The position numbers and the translations under genes were made by a program. 64,000 bases of DNA from IMG/VR virus record IMGVR_UViG_3300031992_000044. The stretch is one strand, 5' to 3'. The stretch comes from a virus. This document shows positions 12,701 to 25,520 of this stretch, piece after piece. The notes beneath the pieces are model-generated. The model saw nothing but the letters and a program-made list of their open reading frames with translations. It did no database searches and had not been told where the DNA came from. How positions within the stretch are numbered: position 1 is the first letter of the stretch; each line of letters opens with the position of its first letter.

Positions 12701-15700
12701 TGAAGTGGATAAACAAGCAGATTGATAACTTTACAAAAGAACACAGCAATATACAAGAGTTATCAAATACACTTAACAATGGCAAAAGTATAAATACTTT
12801 GCAAGATTTGGAGGACCATCTTGTATACAATCAAGATCAACACGAACGTCTTTCTGAAGCTTATTTGGATGTATTAAAATGGCAAAGCGAGCGTAATACA
12901 GTAGAAGTTGCAAATAGAGAACTTACTGGTACTCTTAAATATGTAGATAATGACGGTAAGATAACAACTCCTCCCGCAGATTGGGATCCTATACATAATG
13001 CAAGCGATTTGAAGCATGTTAAATATGAAGGAAGTAAAGCGCAAGATATGATGCTGCGAATGCATTCTGTATGGGATGAAGATGACGCTTTTGAACAGGC
13101 TGTAGAAACAGTATACCAAGAAGACCTTAAAGCTCAACATCTTAATGATCAAAATGCTATAGAAAACCCGTATGAGATTGATCCAAACAGAGAAAAGATT
13201 CCTGTAAAGGATGCTAACGGTAATCAAATATAGGTTCAGTTTGACGAGCAAGGTAGAATAAACAGAAAACTTGCTGACAATGAAACTATCGACGATCAAG
13301 GAATGCTATGGCAGTACAAAGATCATCGTACAGATAATCCTGTCAATCGTATAAATCATTCTGCTCCTACCACAGAACAGCAGCAAGAGGCCGATAGAAT
13401 AGCCTTTAGAGAAGCTTGGAATAACATCAATGGACAGCCATTACCACTTACTCCAGAAGGCATGGTAGAACGCCGTCAGAGAGCTTTATTTGAGGCAGCT
13501 AGAGCAAGAGGAAGCTGGGACGTAGAAAACCCGCCACAGAGCTCTAAAAAGGCATATACGAAGCCATCTAGTACCGTTTATACAGTAGATAAATTTGGTT
13601 TTGTTGCATATGAACAACCAGAAGAAGATTCTCAAGATACTGTACTCAACGATATTGAGCGTAGATTCTACGAAGATAAGTAGACGGTTTAGAATGATCC
13701 AAATGGTTATCATACTACAAGCCAGGATTACTTTATTCTACAAGATGGTAAAGTTGTAAGAGCGTCTCGTGTGCACAATGTCAAACCAGAAGCATATATA
13801 CACGAAGATCAAGAAAAGGAAGTAGAATCTATATATAAAGATTTGCTGTCTGCTACTTCGTTACAAGAATTTCTTGAAAAGATACCTGAGAACATCGGAT
13901 CTTCTGAAAATATAAGTAAGGTTGATCCGTATGCTATTTATATTACAGAAAACGAAGATATATTCTTTAACAATCCGTCTGCAGAAACAAAGCGCGAATA
14001 CGACAATACGTTACGTCATCTTGCTCAAGCAATCGTTGATGCTAATCGAAATAGTTCCGTATCAATACTGGTAGGTAACATAGTAGATGAGATATCTAGA
14101 AACTTCTTTGGTTCTGACGTTTTGTACAACTCTACATAGACAGAAGAAGGTATAAAAGCTTTATTCAACTCTAAGAATGAAAGCGATTGGCGTACATACA
14201 ACGAATTGTATAGAGGAAATTATGACGCATTTGCTTCGTTGATTCGCTCTTTACGAGGAATGTACGAGTATTATACCAATACGCTTGGTTGGAAGTTGAC
14301 AACTTTGCCATTTACTATTCGTGCACAGTTTAATGATCTTGGATGGGTTGCTGGCCAGCCTGATATGATTGGTATAGATAAAAACGGTCGTGTACATATC
14401 ATAGACTTTAAAACGTCTAAATATACATTTGGATCTGTATTAACACCCAATATCCAACTTACTCAGGATTATCAGAACGACCTCAAGTTACTAAAGAATG
14501 AAGACTTCTACAGTCCTGACGGATTCGAGCGTAAGAGTATTAAAGCTAGGCGTATTCTTAGATCTATAAAGAACGATGGTTATAAGAATATAGATATACA
14601 GTGGGATGGAAATAGAGCCGTTATATCCAATAAGACTAAGCCGTTCCATAGTCTTCCTAATCAGTCATATGGTTAGCAAATATCTGCATATGAAGATTAT
14701 AGCAACCAGCTTACTGCTTATGCAGAAATGTTGAAAGCTAATGGATTCGATGTCGCTTCTATAGAGATTCTTCCTTTTAAAGTATCATACGACTATGAGT
14801 TTACAGAGCCTGGAAAAGGCATTGTTCGTATACAGATGGAAGATCGTACTCCATTGACATTTAGCTCCAGTATGAAGAGTATACTTGATGGAGTAGAGAC
14901 TAGAGAAGATCAAGTTATTAATAAGGCTCAAGAAGACTTACATAACAATATTGGTAATCTTCAATACAGAATAGATAATCTAGTAGAGAAGATCTCTGAC
15001 GAAGTGTTCAATGAGCTTTCTGATCAAGGAAAACTGTTATATTCTGACTTCATCGCAGAGGCTAGAAACGCATTATATGAGGCAGAAAATGTACTGTACG
15101 AGAACAACTCAAGGGATCTAGATGTTCTAAATGCTCAAAACGACGCCATAGAGGACATTTTGAGCCGTTTTGACGCGTTTTTAAAGGATCTACGAGAAGA
15201 TTATAATCAGGCTCGCTCAAAGGCCGCTCAGCAGGCTGAAAATGAGTCTAAACGCGACCAATAGAAGCGTAGAGAATCTCAAGATGATGATCAGCCTGCA
15301 AATGGCATTATTTAGGCTCCAAACAAGCGGGATAGTGCTGGTAATACTACTAGATCTAATCTTGACTATAGACGTGTAAATAGTGATCCTGAGCTTACTA
15401 GAGCTACAATGGCTCCTAACTTTATAGACGACGCCGATATTACTCTGTACGTAGAAGGAGATGATATATATGCAGACATACAATTCCAAGGTCACATTTG
15501 GTAGCGTGTTCCTATTGATACTAAATACAACGATACGTGGATACCAAACAGTAAAAAACTGCACGATGACATAGAAAGAATGCAGCGAGAACATCCAGGA
15601 GCTCGTATAGTACCTGTAAAAGCTACCATGACCCGTACTGCAGGAAGACCTAATCTTCTTGTTAAAGATAGACATCTTGTGTATTAGGATGTTAGAAATA

Positions 15701-18700
15701 CTGATTTGTTTGCTGGTCAAGATATTTATGATATTGAGTTCTCTGCTTCATATCAACGTATAGGATATGTAGACGATAAAGGCGTTGTGCTTACATTTGA
15801 AGATGGAAAGACAACTACACAGCCCTTGTATCAATGGCCCGATGCTAGAATGGCAGCGCACCCTGGTACACTTATATATCTGAAGCCTACACCCAAGAAT
15901 GAATGTCCTTCTAATAAGAAGACAAACAGAGTTGTTGTAGCAATAGACAGGGTTAAGATCAAGCAGAATGATGTAAACTTCATCATAGAAGCTATTAAGA
16001 ACCCGTCTTAGCTCGATAAACCGTACTTTAAGGAGATTAATGGTACTGTATATAACTTGCATGCTACTCCAAGACAGTTGATCAATCTTATTATACCGTT
16101 TGTAGATAGTCCAAATTAGTTATATAATTTTGATAGTATCATACGTGATCCTAACAATCCGACGGTGGTATATATCATGAAGCGTGCTGATTTAGAGAAG
16201 CAGACCACTGGTAGAGGAAGATTTGATTTATCTACTGAAGATGGAATAAGGAACTTTACTTTGGCATTATAGAATATGTCAATAGCTGAGCGTCATGAGG
16301 TTCTTTCTAGCAGACTTGGTACATTCTCTAAGACAGAAGGAGAAGTATTGCCGTTTGGCGGTATCAAACAGTTCTTTATAGAACAAAATGGTGCTATTAC
16401 AGGTCTTGACATCACAGATACTATAAAATTTGATCTTGAGGACTTTAAGACTGTTACATCTAGTACAGGTGTGCGTAGACAAGGTGTTAGTGGATTTGGA
16501 TACTACTTGAAGCACGGTATGCTGCGTACACAATATGCAGGGATGGGTAGCGCTAACGTTGAGATCAAAGATGCTGTTATAGATGCAGGACAACCTGCAG
16601 AAGTCCAATCAAACGGAATTCAGGCTATTCCTAATATGGAAGAAACTCCTAGTACCATTGATTCTAGTGAGATTGACGCATTCTTGATGAAAACTGTTGA
16701 TCATACTAACAAGAATAAATCTCTGTCTGAAGAGAAAGCTCGTAAGCATATTGAGGAAATACTTGGAGATAGTGTTCCGGTAGAATTCCACAATACATTC
16801 TTACGTGTACTGTATAGCAAAGCTCATGTAGTTGGTAACTGTAAAGCCGACGCTATCGTACTTTCTAGTCTTGGTTGGCCTGGTGTAGAATATCATGAAG
16901 CATTCCACAGAGTATTTGAAATGCTGCTCTCTTCATATGAGCGCGATATGATATATCACAAGATAGCTAAGCGTATTGGAGTTGATCTATATGATCAGTA
17001 TGGCAACGAAAACAAAGAAGCGTTTAGATAGGTAGCTGAGTATGCAGCTGATCATTATATGCAGCATATGAATCATCATATGACTGATATAAAGATTCCA
17101 TTTATTACAAAAGTGTATAATAAGATACACGATTGGGTATCTGCATTGTGGCACATTAACGATAGAGACCTCTACAAGATATTCGCAAGAGTAAATCGTG
17201 GAGAATTCAGGAATGCCAAACCTTCTCAACAAGCTATAGATAGGTTTAATAGATTGTTTAGTGAACTTCATTGTGAGATTCACGGTATACCGTTCGATCA
17301 TATAGTCAACAGACCCATGTACGACAAGTTAAGGCAGAGTGTAATGTTCTGTGTACTGCAAGGTCAGAATATAGATCCTTCTGGTAGAAATATTCAGGAG
17401 ATTGGTAGACATATCGATAAAGAAACATTCTTGGCTGGTGTAGAAAAGCTCAAGAAGAAGGGATTAGATATATTTGGCGATTCTACCGACATTCCTACTA
17501 TTGGACAGTTGGCAATGAAGGAGATCTATGATAACTTTGATAACGACTTTTTGAGAGATGATATTGCTAATGATATATCTGTATTATCTACCGACTTTGT
17601 GAAGGAGTTCGAAGACGAATCTATAGAAGATGCTCAAAGCGACGATGTAACAAATGCAAACATTGGAGAGCATACAAGAAGCTCTTATGAATTTAGCAGA
17701 TTTAGTAAGACGTCAAGTAGAGTAAGATTCTTCTTTGCTACTATTCCTGATACAGCATATCAGAGAGTAACAGAAACACTTCCTGATGGCAAAACTACTG
17801 TAAAGATGAAGCAAGTTCTTGCTACGAACGAATTTGGTCTTCCACAATACGTTCCTGTACATGCCGTATTTAACGAATTCTTGAATCTGTTCCACGATGT
17901 AGACACTCTATCAGAGCTTAAAGCTAGACTTGAGTTCTTCGCTAAAGAAGACTCTATGTACAATACGCTGTATAAAGCCTTCGATAAGATATATAAGAGT
18001 GTATACACGATAACTGATGGAACTATAACTAGAAATTCAGACCAAGAAGCACTTCTTGTTCAGTTGATGAACGTTATTAGGTCAAACAAGCATAACTTCG
18101 ATATAGCTCGTTCTATGACCACGAACAATGGTCATGGTATGCATCGCATTGTTATATAGACAACAGATGCTGACTATAATGCTACATTCTATCCTACTCA
18201 ATGGAACCAGATGCTTGTTAATGGCGGTACTCCTCTGATCAAAATTTCTTCTGATGGTAGTCTCCAGTTTAATAGAGCTCACAAAGGAGTAGAGCAAAGT
18301 TTTGCTAATATGGCAAATCTTATGTCCCATGGATCTACTATAAAGACTGCTGAAAACGGAGCTTCTTATAATGATGTCGGCATAAAAGAATGGCTTATAA
18401 ACGCTGTTGTTGGTGGAGAACAAAATCTCTTCTTACGTTTGAAGGTAAACGGAAAATATGCCTATTTCAACAATCCTAAGAATCCAGAACAGCTTGAGGT
18501 TGTAAAAGATAAGATTGTAGAAATGCTCAATATGATTGGTATCCAGTTTAGTGCAGACGAATTTAACTATATGTTGCGCAACAAGTATGGATCTACTGAT
18601 TATGAGGCATTGGCTAAAATGTTTACATCGAACAGCAGAAACGATTCTATGAAGTCGTTCTTGAAGTTCTTGATGGATGTTGCTCCTAATGGCAAACTTC

Positions 18701-21700
18701 AGAAGGAAGTAAGGATAAACAACAAGACAGTTAAGCTTGAGAACGCATATGCTAAGATGGCATTTGTGAGAGATCTTGCAAACTGGAAATATCAATATAG
18801 ACATTCACACGATCAACTTACTGTACTTGCTACCAACAATAATAAGTTCTACGAGATATCTGATAACAACTATGCTTCTGACGTTGCTCGTATGATAAAC
18901 AAGCGCACATCTGAGCTAGACGAGTTACTTGCAGATCCATTTGCTTACTTTGAAGGAGAAGAAGATGTAACTGGTGAGCGTCCTGTATACGGATCGCTTA
19001 TACTTAAAGAGATTACAAGAAATCCTGATGCGTTTATTACACTTAGAAACTTTGTTGGATTTAAGACAGATAAACGTGGAGATACTGGCTCTGACTACTT
19101 CCAAATCAGTAAACGTGAGGACTATGTTGCGAAAGCTACTATTCTTGAACAAGGCGGTATTATAATGCCAACTCTTTCAGATAAAAAAACATGGTTGTAT
19201 ATAGACGGTATCAAACTTCCCGGTCTTGATTACTCCGGTACTGTAGACGAGAATGGAAATGTCGTTGCCATGGCAGCAGAGAGACTCGGTGACCAGTTTG
19301 TTATTGCTGCAGATCCTATGTCACAGCTCGATAATGTACTGTCGCAGAATGAATCTGTTATTGATCAGTTTATATCTTATGCTTATTCTGAGTATGAGTC
19401 TGTAAAGAAAGCAGATCGTGATTTGGATGAAATGGAGAAGAACGGCACGAAGTCTAATAGTGTAGCAAACTACTATACTAAAGAACAAGGTGCCAAATTT
19501 GGCTCTCTTCTTGGTGTTTGGGTTTATACTTATAAGAAAGGCAAAGATGGACAGCCAGTAATATCTGGAGAGAAGTTTGAGTCGTTCAACAATAAGAAGC
19601 TCACAAGAAAGAAGAATATTGAGCGTGCAGAGAAGTTCTTCTTTAATCAGCCGCATGAAGTATAGCAAGCTCTTATTGCGAGATTATTACATAAACAACT
19701 GCTGAAAGAGATAGACACGTGCGTAGAACTCGGTCTTATTCGTAAAGTAGATAACAGCGGTAACATCTTTGGAGACTACGAAAATGTTGGTCTTAATAAC
19801 CAAGCGATCGACGCTATATACAAGTCTATTGTACTCAAGAACGGACAACCTAAAGATGCAATAGCAATGACCAAATATAAGTCATTGGCTACATTGATAT
19901 ACTTAAACGATATATCCAACAAGGCTATAATGTCTGGTCACGAGTTTGAGCGCGTATTCTCAGGTAATCCTGCATTCTATAAATGGGGTTATGATGACGC
20001 TACTGGAGCTCTTGTAGACCGAACAGTCGACGAATTGAAACGTCTTGGTGGTATTGTATCTACAGGTAACAATAACTTTGTAGAGCTACAAGATGTTCCT
20101 TCTAAATACTTAGACGAAGAAGGCAGGTTCAAAGGCACATATGTTGCTGCAGAGGTAGACAATGAATTGATAGAATCTCCGCAGATTGACTTTATTCAGG
20201 AGCGAATGTTGTACGGAGAGGTTCTTACTGCTGCTTACAATAAAGAAGAGCAACGTAGACTCCGTGAATACCGAGCAAAGTATGACATGCTTATACAGGC
20301 CTTAAATAACGGCGAAGAATTATCGCAAGAAGATTATGACTGGATTAATAGTGCCAATCCTCAAAAAGACGAGCAGTAGATACGTGAAGACATATCGCAG
20401 ATGCTTGATTCTGTAGAATTAGAAGACCTTAAGAAGTTGCTCGATAGTACGACATTAGCTATTGCTGAAAGAAAGGCTAAAGAAGCTACAGATAGCTATC
20501 GCTTGAAATATAAAGACGGAAAGATAGATGATGGTATTGATGTCGCTGATGGTGGTGCTTATATTACAGATACGATGGCAGAGATGTTGCTTCGTATGAA
20601 CGGTAACTATAGCACAGATATTCAGAAAGCATTTAAGATTCTTCGTGAAGAAGTGCCTTCCAGTCTTACCCAGAAGTATCAAGCATATCAACAGGTTGTT
20701 ACCAGTGTGATTGGATCACAAAAGTATACAGCATTTGGTAGAAGAAAGCATACTGAAACAGGTACGCAAGTAACGTACTATAACAAGATGGCTTTGTTCC
20801 CATTGTTTAAGTGTATAGCTACGGGTAGAATGCAAAATGTTTACCAGAAGATGCAGCAGCAGGGAATAGATATGCTCATGATTAATTCTGCTGTAAAGGT
20901 TGGTAGTGAAGGATCTAAGCCGATTGATTGGGATCAATATCCTCAGACTGAATCTGACGATAGAACGTTCAATGAAAGCTTTGACTTCAATACATACGAA
21001 CAGAAATTTATGTACTTAAGAAAACAGCTTAACACAGACCCGAAAGAAGAGTCTATGATGAGCATGGGTACACAGATGACTAAGGTTGTTATGTCAAGCT
21101 TGTTTGATGGCCGTACTTATTATATGCAGGACGGTACTGAAATGAATGGTAAAGAACTTCGTGACGATATCATGAATGCTATAAACACTCTGTCTAATAG
21201 AGGACTACATAACATTGTAACCAGATTCTTTAAGACCGATAATAAAGGAAATCTTATAGACAAAGATGGCAACGTTATATCTGACGATTCTGCACACAAA
21301 GTTCTCGATGAGAGCAAGTTTGCTAAAGAAGTCAGAAATATGATGCAGACCAAAGATCCTGATCGCAATATCATAGATGCACTAGAGATAGTAGAACAGA
21401 CTGATGCTGATGGCAAGGTTACAAAACACATGAGGCTTCCTCTTAATGCTATTTCTAATTCCAACTGGCTTGAGAGCGTTCTTATATCTTCTATCAACAA
21501 GAAGGTAGTAGATATAGAAACACCGGGTGCTGCGTTTATTCAGAGATCTGTCTGGGCTATGGAAGGTTCTACGATGTTTGATAGAGTCAATGGATCTGTT
21601 CTTAGTGATGAAGATCTTCCTGCTTCGATAAACGGCGGAAATCGTCTATAGATGGTCAACGAAGAAGGTTCTATGGACTGTGTAGTCAGCTTTGATTTCA

Positions 21701-24700
21701 TTAAGAAGATGTTCAAAGGAGTATTACCAGTAGTGCCCATCAAGGATAACAAGACTCGTAATGTAATATGGGATCTTATACCAGAGACCGACTCTAAGGG
21801 TAATACTATTATGAAAGATGGTAAGCCTGTATACAAGCAGAAGAAGGATAAAGATGGCAATCTTATGTTTGACAAGGATGGTAAACCTATCTACAAGCGT
21901 AAGATTCGTACACGTGAAATGTCGTTTGATGAAGCTCGCAACTGGCTTATTAATCGTGGAATCATAGGTCCTAATGCTACTGCAAATGTGATTGGCTATC
22001 GTATTCCTACTCAGGCACAGTCTTCTATTCACGCTTTGCGTATAGTAGACATTCTTCCTGTTGTGAACGATACTGTTATACTTCCTGCAGAGTTTACTAA
22101 GATTACTGGTTCTGACTTCGATATTGATAAACTGTTCTTGTCTTCTGTTCAGTACACTGTTACCAGAGAAGAGGGAGAGGATGGTAAGTTCCATCAAACA
22201 GTATCTAGCGACTTTAAAGAGACCAATCCTGCTTACTATTAGAATAAACTGTTGAAAGACTATCTTGCAGTTCTTCTTGATTGGACTTCGCATGAAGATA
22301 AGAAACAAAGAACAGTAAATATTCTGCATAGATCTATTGATAATGATACAAAGCTTCTTAAAAATATAATAAAAGACTTAGAAGAAGGTAAAGGTGTTAA
22401 GATGGAGGAGCCATACTCCTTCTATTCTCTTAGCACACAGACCGCTTCCAAGGACGATTATATTACTGGTAAGATTGGTATCGGACCATTTGCTTTGAAC
22501 AACAACAACCACATTCTTACTATGATGTATCATGTCAGATTCAAGCACATAGAGTCTAGTATAATGGCAGCTCTTGATCTTGAAAACCTTGACAGTCGAG
22601 AGGATAAGAATCACGAATCCATAATGTCTTGGATATCTGCACTTATTAATGCTCACGTGGATATTGCTAAGGATCCGTATATTAGTAGATTGAATGTTGG
22701 TCCGTTTACTTATAATCTTGTGAACCTTCTTATTAGAACTGGTCTCGGAAGCAAGACATTCTACTTTACTACTCAGCCTATAATGAAGGAACTTGCAAAA
22801 GCATATGTTAATGCTGGTGCATTGTATATGGCAGATCCTCATAAAGGTAAGTATAAACTACAGCAAGAAGCAATAGAGAATCTTGCCAATGAGTATTTTG
22901 AAGAGCTCGGAGATGATGCTGCTAAGAAAATATAGATCATAAAAGAAGGTGGTGTTAAGAATGCTAAAGCTCGTGCTGAGATAAACTTGGAGATAAAGAA
23001 GTTATTTGAAGGCGATGCTCTTAGACAGGCGGCTAAGTCTAATACTGTGAATAAAGAACAGCAGTTACTTGTATACCTTGCTTGCTTACAATTCGATAAA
23101 TATGCTAATGCTTTATCTAATCTTGTGAAGTATAGTAAGATTGATACAAAGAAACATGGTAAGAGTATTGTTGAACAGATGATATATCAGAAAGGGTATG
23201 CTAAGACGTTTGATATATCTAGACCCGATAACTTGTTTGAAGCCACTGGTCTTTCTGCTATGTAGAATGATTCGTATATTGCTACTAAGACATAGAATGC
23301 AATAGGTAGTACAAGATCCATTCTTTAGAGTCAATTCATACAAAGCACACCTTCATTCCAAGGTAGCGTAGATGAAATACTTACAGCTATTGGTAGAGAA
23401 GAATCGTTGTCTGTAAACCTTGTAACAAAAGTATGTAATGCACTCAGTGCTGCTGTTAAGTCTCAATTCTTTGTTGATACATATATTCCGGCAATAAGTA
23501 GTAATCCTCATTACGCCCACGATCTTGTTAGTGAGAGTCAAGAGTATATGGACTTTGTTGTGAACCAGAACGGCAATACTGTTCAACTGAACGGGACAGC
23601 TGTACACGACCTACAATCTTACTGTAATGGAGGTGTGGCTTGGCTTATATACAAAGGACAAGATGGTAAAGACTATCAAATTCCTTTAAATGTAATTGGA
23701 GCTGATACAAAGAACAATACAATTACAGTAGACAAGTAGATTCCTAAGATGTACGGAAAAGTACTCCTTAAAGGTGGTAAGAATACTATCTATGATAGAC
23801 TTACTAGACTGAAGGTTGCTATAGCTACGGATCCACAGTACGCTCCGTTAAGATCTGAATCTGGAGATATCAACAATAGATTGTTGTAGATGATGGTTCC
23901 GGGTACTACTACTGAATATAAACCATCGTTTATAATCGGAGAACATCCTGATACATACGAAACATCTAAGTTTGTGAAACTGTTTAACTTTGTTGAAGAC
24001 AGCGGTAATACTGCAAACTATATTATTGGCGGATGGGAGGAGCTGTTACAATACACAGATCCACAACATCCAGAAGCTCAAAAGATCGTACGAGATTTTG
24101 CTAGAGATTTGATAGTTTACGCATTTATTACTTCTGGAGATAGAGGAGGTTTTACTAAGATGTTCAAGTATGTTCCTGCTTCTTGGAGAGAGGAGTCTGG
24201 ATACGGTCAGTTTATACACGATAAACTTGCTGAATATTCTATAGGGTTTAAAACAGATATAGATATAGACGATGTGCTTCTTAATAACTGGTATGACAAT
24301 GAGCTTTGTCCCACGTATCAATTACAAGATAAACGTACAAAACAGTCTAACTTTATGAAGTATTATACTTTGAGGGATAACAAGAGACTTGGATTCCCAA
24401 CAATTCTTGCTGCTCTTACTATCAAAGATGGCAAGCTTTAGACTACTATAGATCCAGCAACAGCTCCTAGATTTATTAAGGTTCCTAGACGACAAGATTC
24501 TAACGCTAGTGATAGTCAGCGTAGATATACTGTATATAAGATGCATAAGATTGCTGTCGGTAACAATGGAATAGAATATCCTGTATATATTAAAGTTAAC
24601 TAGAAAGGTAATCAAGTTAGTGGAGGATTTATCATTACAGAGTATGGTAGAAATGATAATATGAATCAACCAGAATATTCTATAAACGAAGATACTCTGC

Positions 24701-25518
24701 GTAAAGTATATCAAGCTTCTACTGTAGCAGACCATATCAATGCTGTCAAACGTACAGAACCTATATATGCTTCTATAATAGAAGGTCTTAATAGAGCTTG
24801 GAATAAAGAGCAAGAGAGTCAAGGTATTACTGATCAGAAAATACAACAAAATATAAAATCAAACGTCATTTCAAAAAATATTTCTAAGTTTAATTATTTG
24901 CTTATAGAAGGAGATCCTATAAACATATGGGCTGGGTCTAACGAAAATTCTGAATTTAGCAATTTGTATAATAGGCCGTTTAAATATAGTGGAATTAACT
25001 TTAATTCTGTAGAACAAGCATTCCAAAGGGCGAAATTTGAAGGTCTTATATGGTGGTTAGATATGTATTCAGAAAATAGAGAAGCTACTAATAGAGTTAT
25101 TAATCAAATAAGGCAAGCGATAGATGATATTATGAATGCTAAAACTGGAGCCGAAGCGAAACAGATAGGTTAGCGTAGATTTACTACACGTAGTCCAAAA
25201 ATAAAAGAAAATATAGATCTATATTTTTCAGATAAAACTTACAATAAAAATTGGAATGATAAGAATGAAAGAATTATGAAAATTTTAATAATGACTTCAT
25301 TCGAACAGAATCCAAAAATGTTAGAAAATCTTTTTGCTACCGGTCATAGGCCATTTACTCATACGCAGGCTACAGATAAATGGAAGACAGAATTCCCAAG
25401 AATACTATAGGAAGTGAGATCTGATTTGTATGAATATAAACAAAAATTAGACAGCGATGGATTCTCTAGCGAAGAGATAGAAAAAGCAAAGTAGATAAGA
25501 AACAAATGTAAAGAATAA
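9751..25518 (+). CDS. giant multidomain virion protein containing an RNA-polymerase-type DxDxD motif (5255 codons), TAG-recoded
   Basis: ATG at 9751. All 21 track ORFs from 9895-10128 to 24661-25173 are in frame 1. Every gap I read contains only TAG interruptions (36 counted) and no TAA/TGA. Ends TAA 25516-25518. Confidence 0.7.
14290..14730 (+). other. RecB/Cas4-like PD-(D/E)XK nuclease motif set inside the giant protein
   Basis: GQPDMIGIDKNGRVHIIDFKTSK (the D, then D-x-K) is followed about 100 codons later by NQLTAYAEML (QxxxY). Confidence 0.5.
16894..16908 (+). other. HExxH (HEAFH) zincin-type metallopeptidase motif inside the giant protein
   Basis: Context is GWPGVEYHEAFHRVFEML. This is a short motif only. 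Confidence 0.35.
22114..22128 (+). other. DFDID (DxDxD) catalytic-type motif of two-barrel RNA polymerases
   Basis: Context is AEFTKITGSDFDIDKLFLSS. crAss-like phages are known to carry a virion RNA polymerase with a DxDxD motif inside giant proteins at this genomic position. Confidence 0.55.
24900..25420 (+). other. C-terminal NADAR (YbiA/DUF1768)-like domain of the giant protein
   Basis: INIWAGSNENSEFSNLYNRPFKYSGINFNSVEQAFQRAKF ... GAEAKQIG ... NWNDKNERIMKILIMTSFEQNPKMLENLFATGHRPFTHTQATDKWK follows the order of NADAR family motifs (LSNF-like, SxEhyfQaxKF, AK-lG, W...KF-QNP-L...L-TG, D-xW). Confidence 0.55.
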
Positions 25519-25520
25519 TT

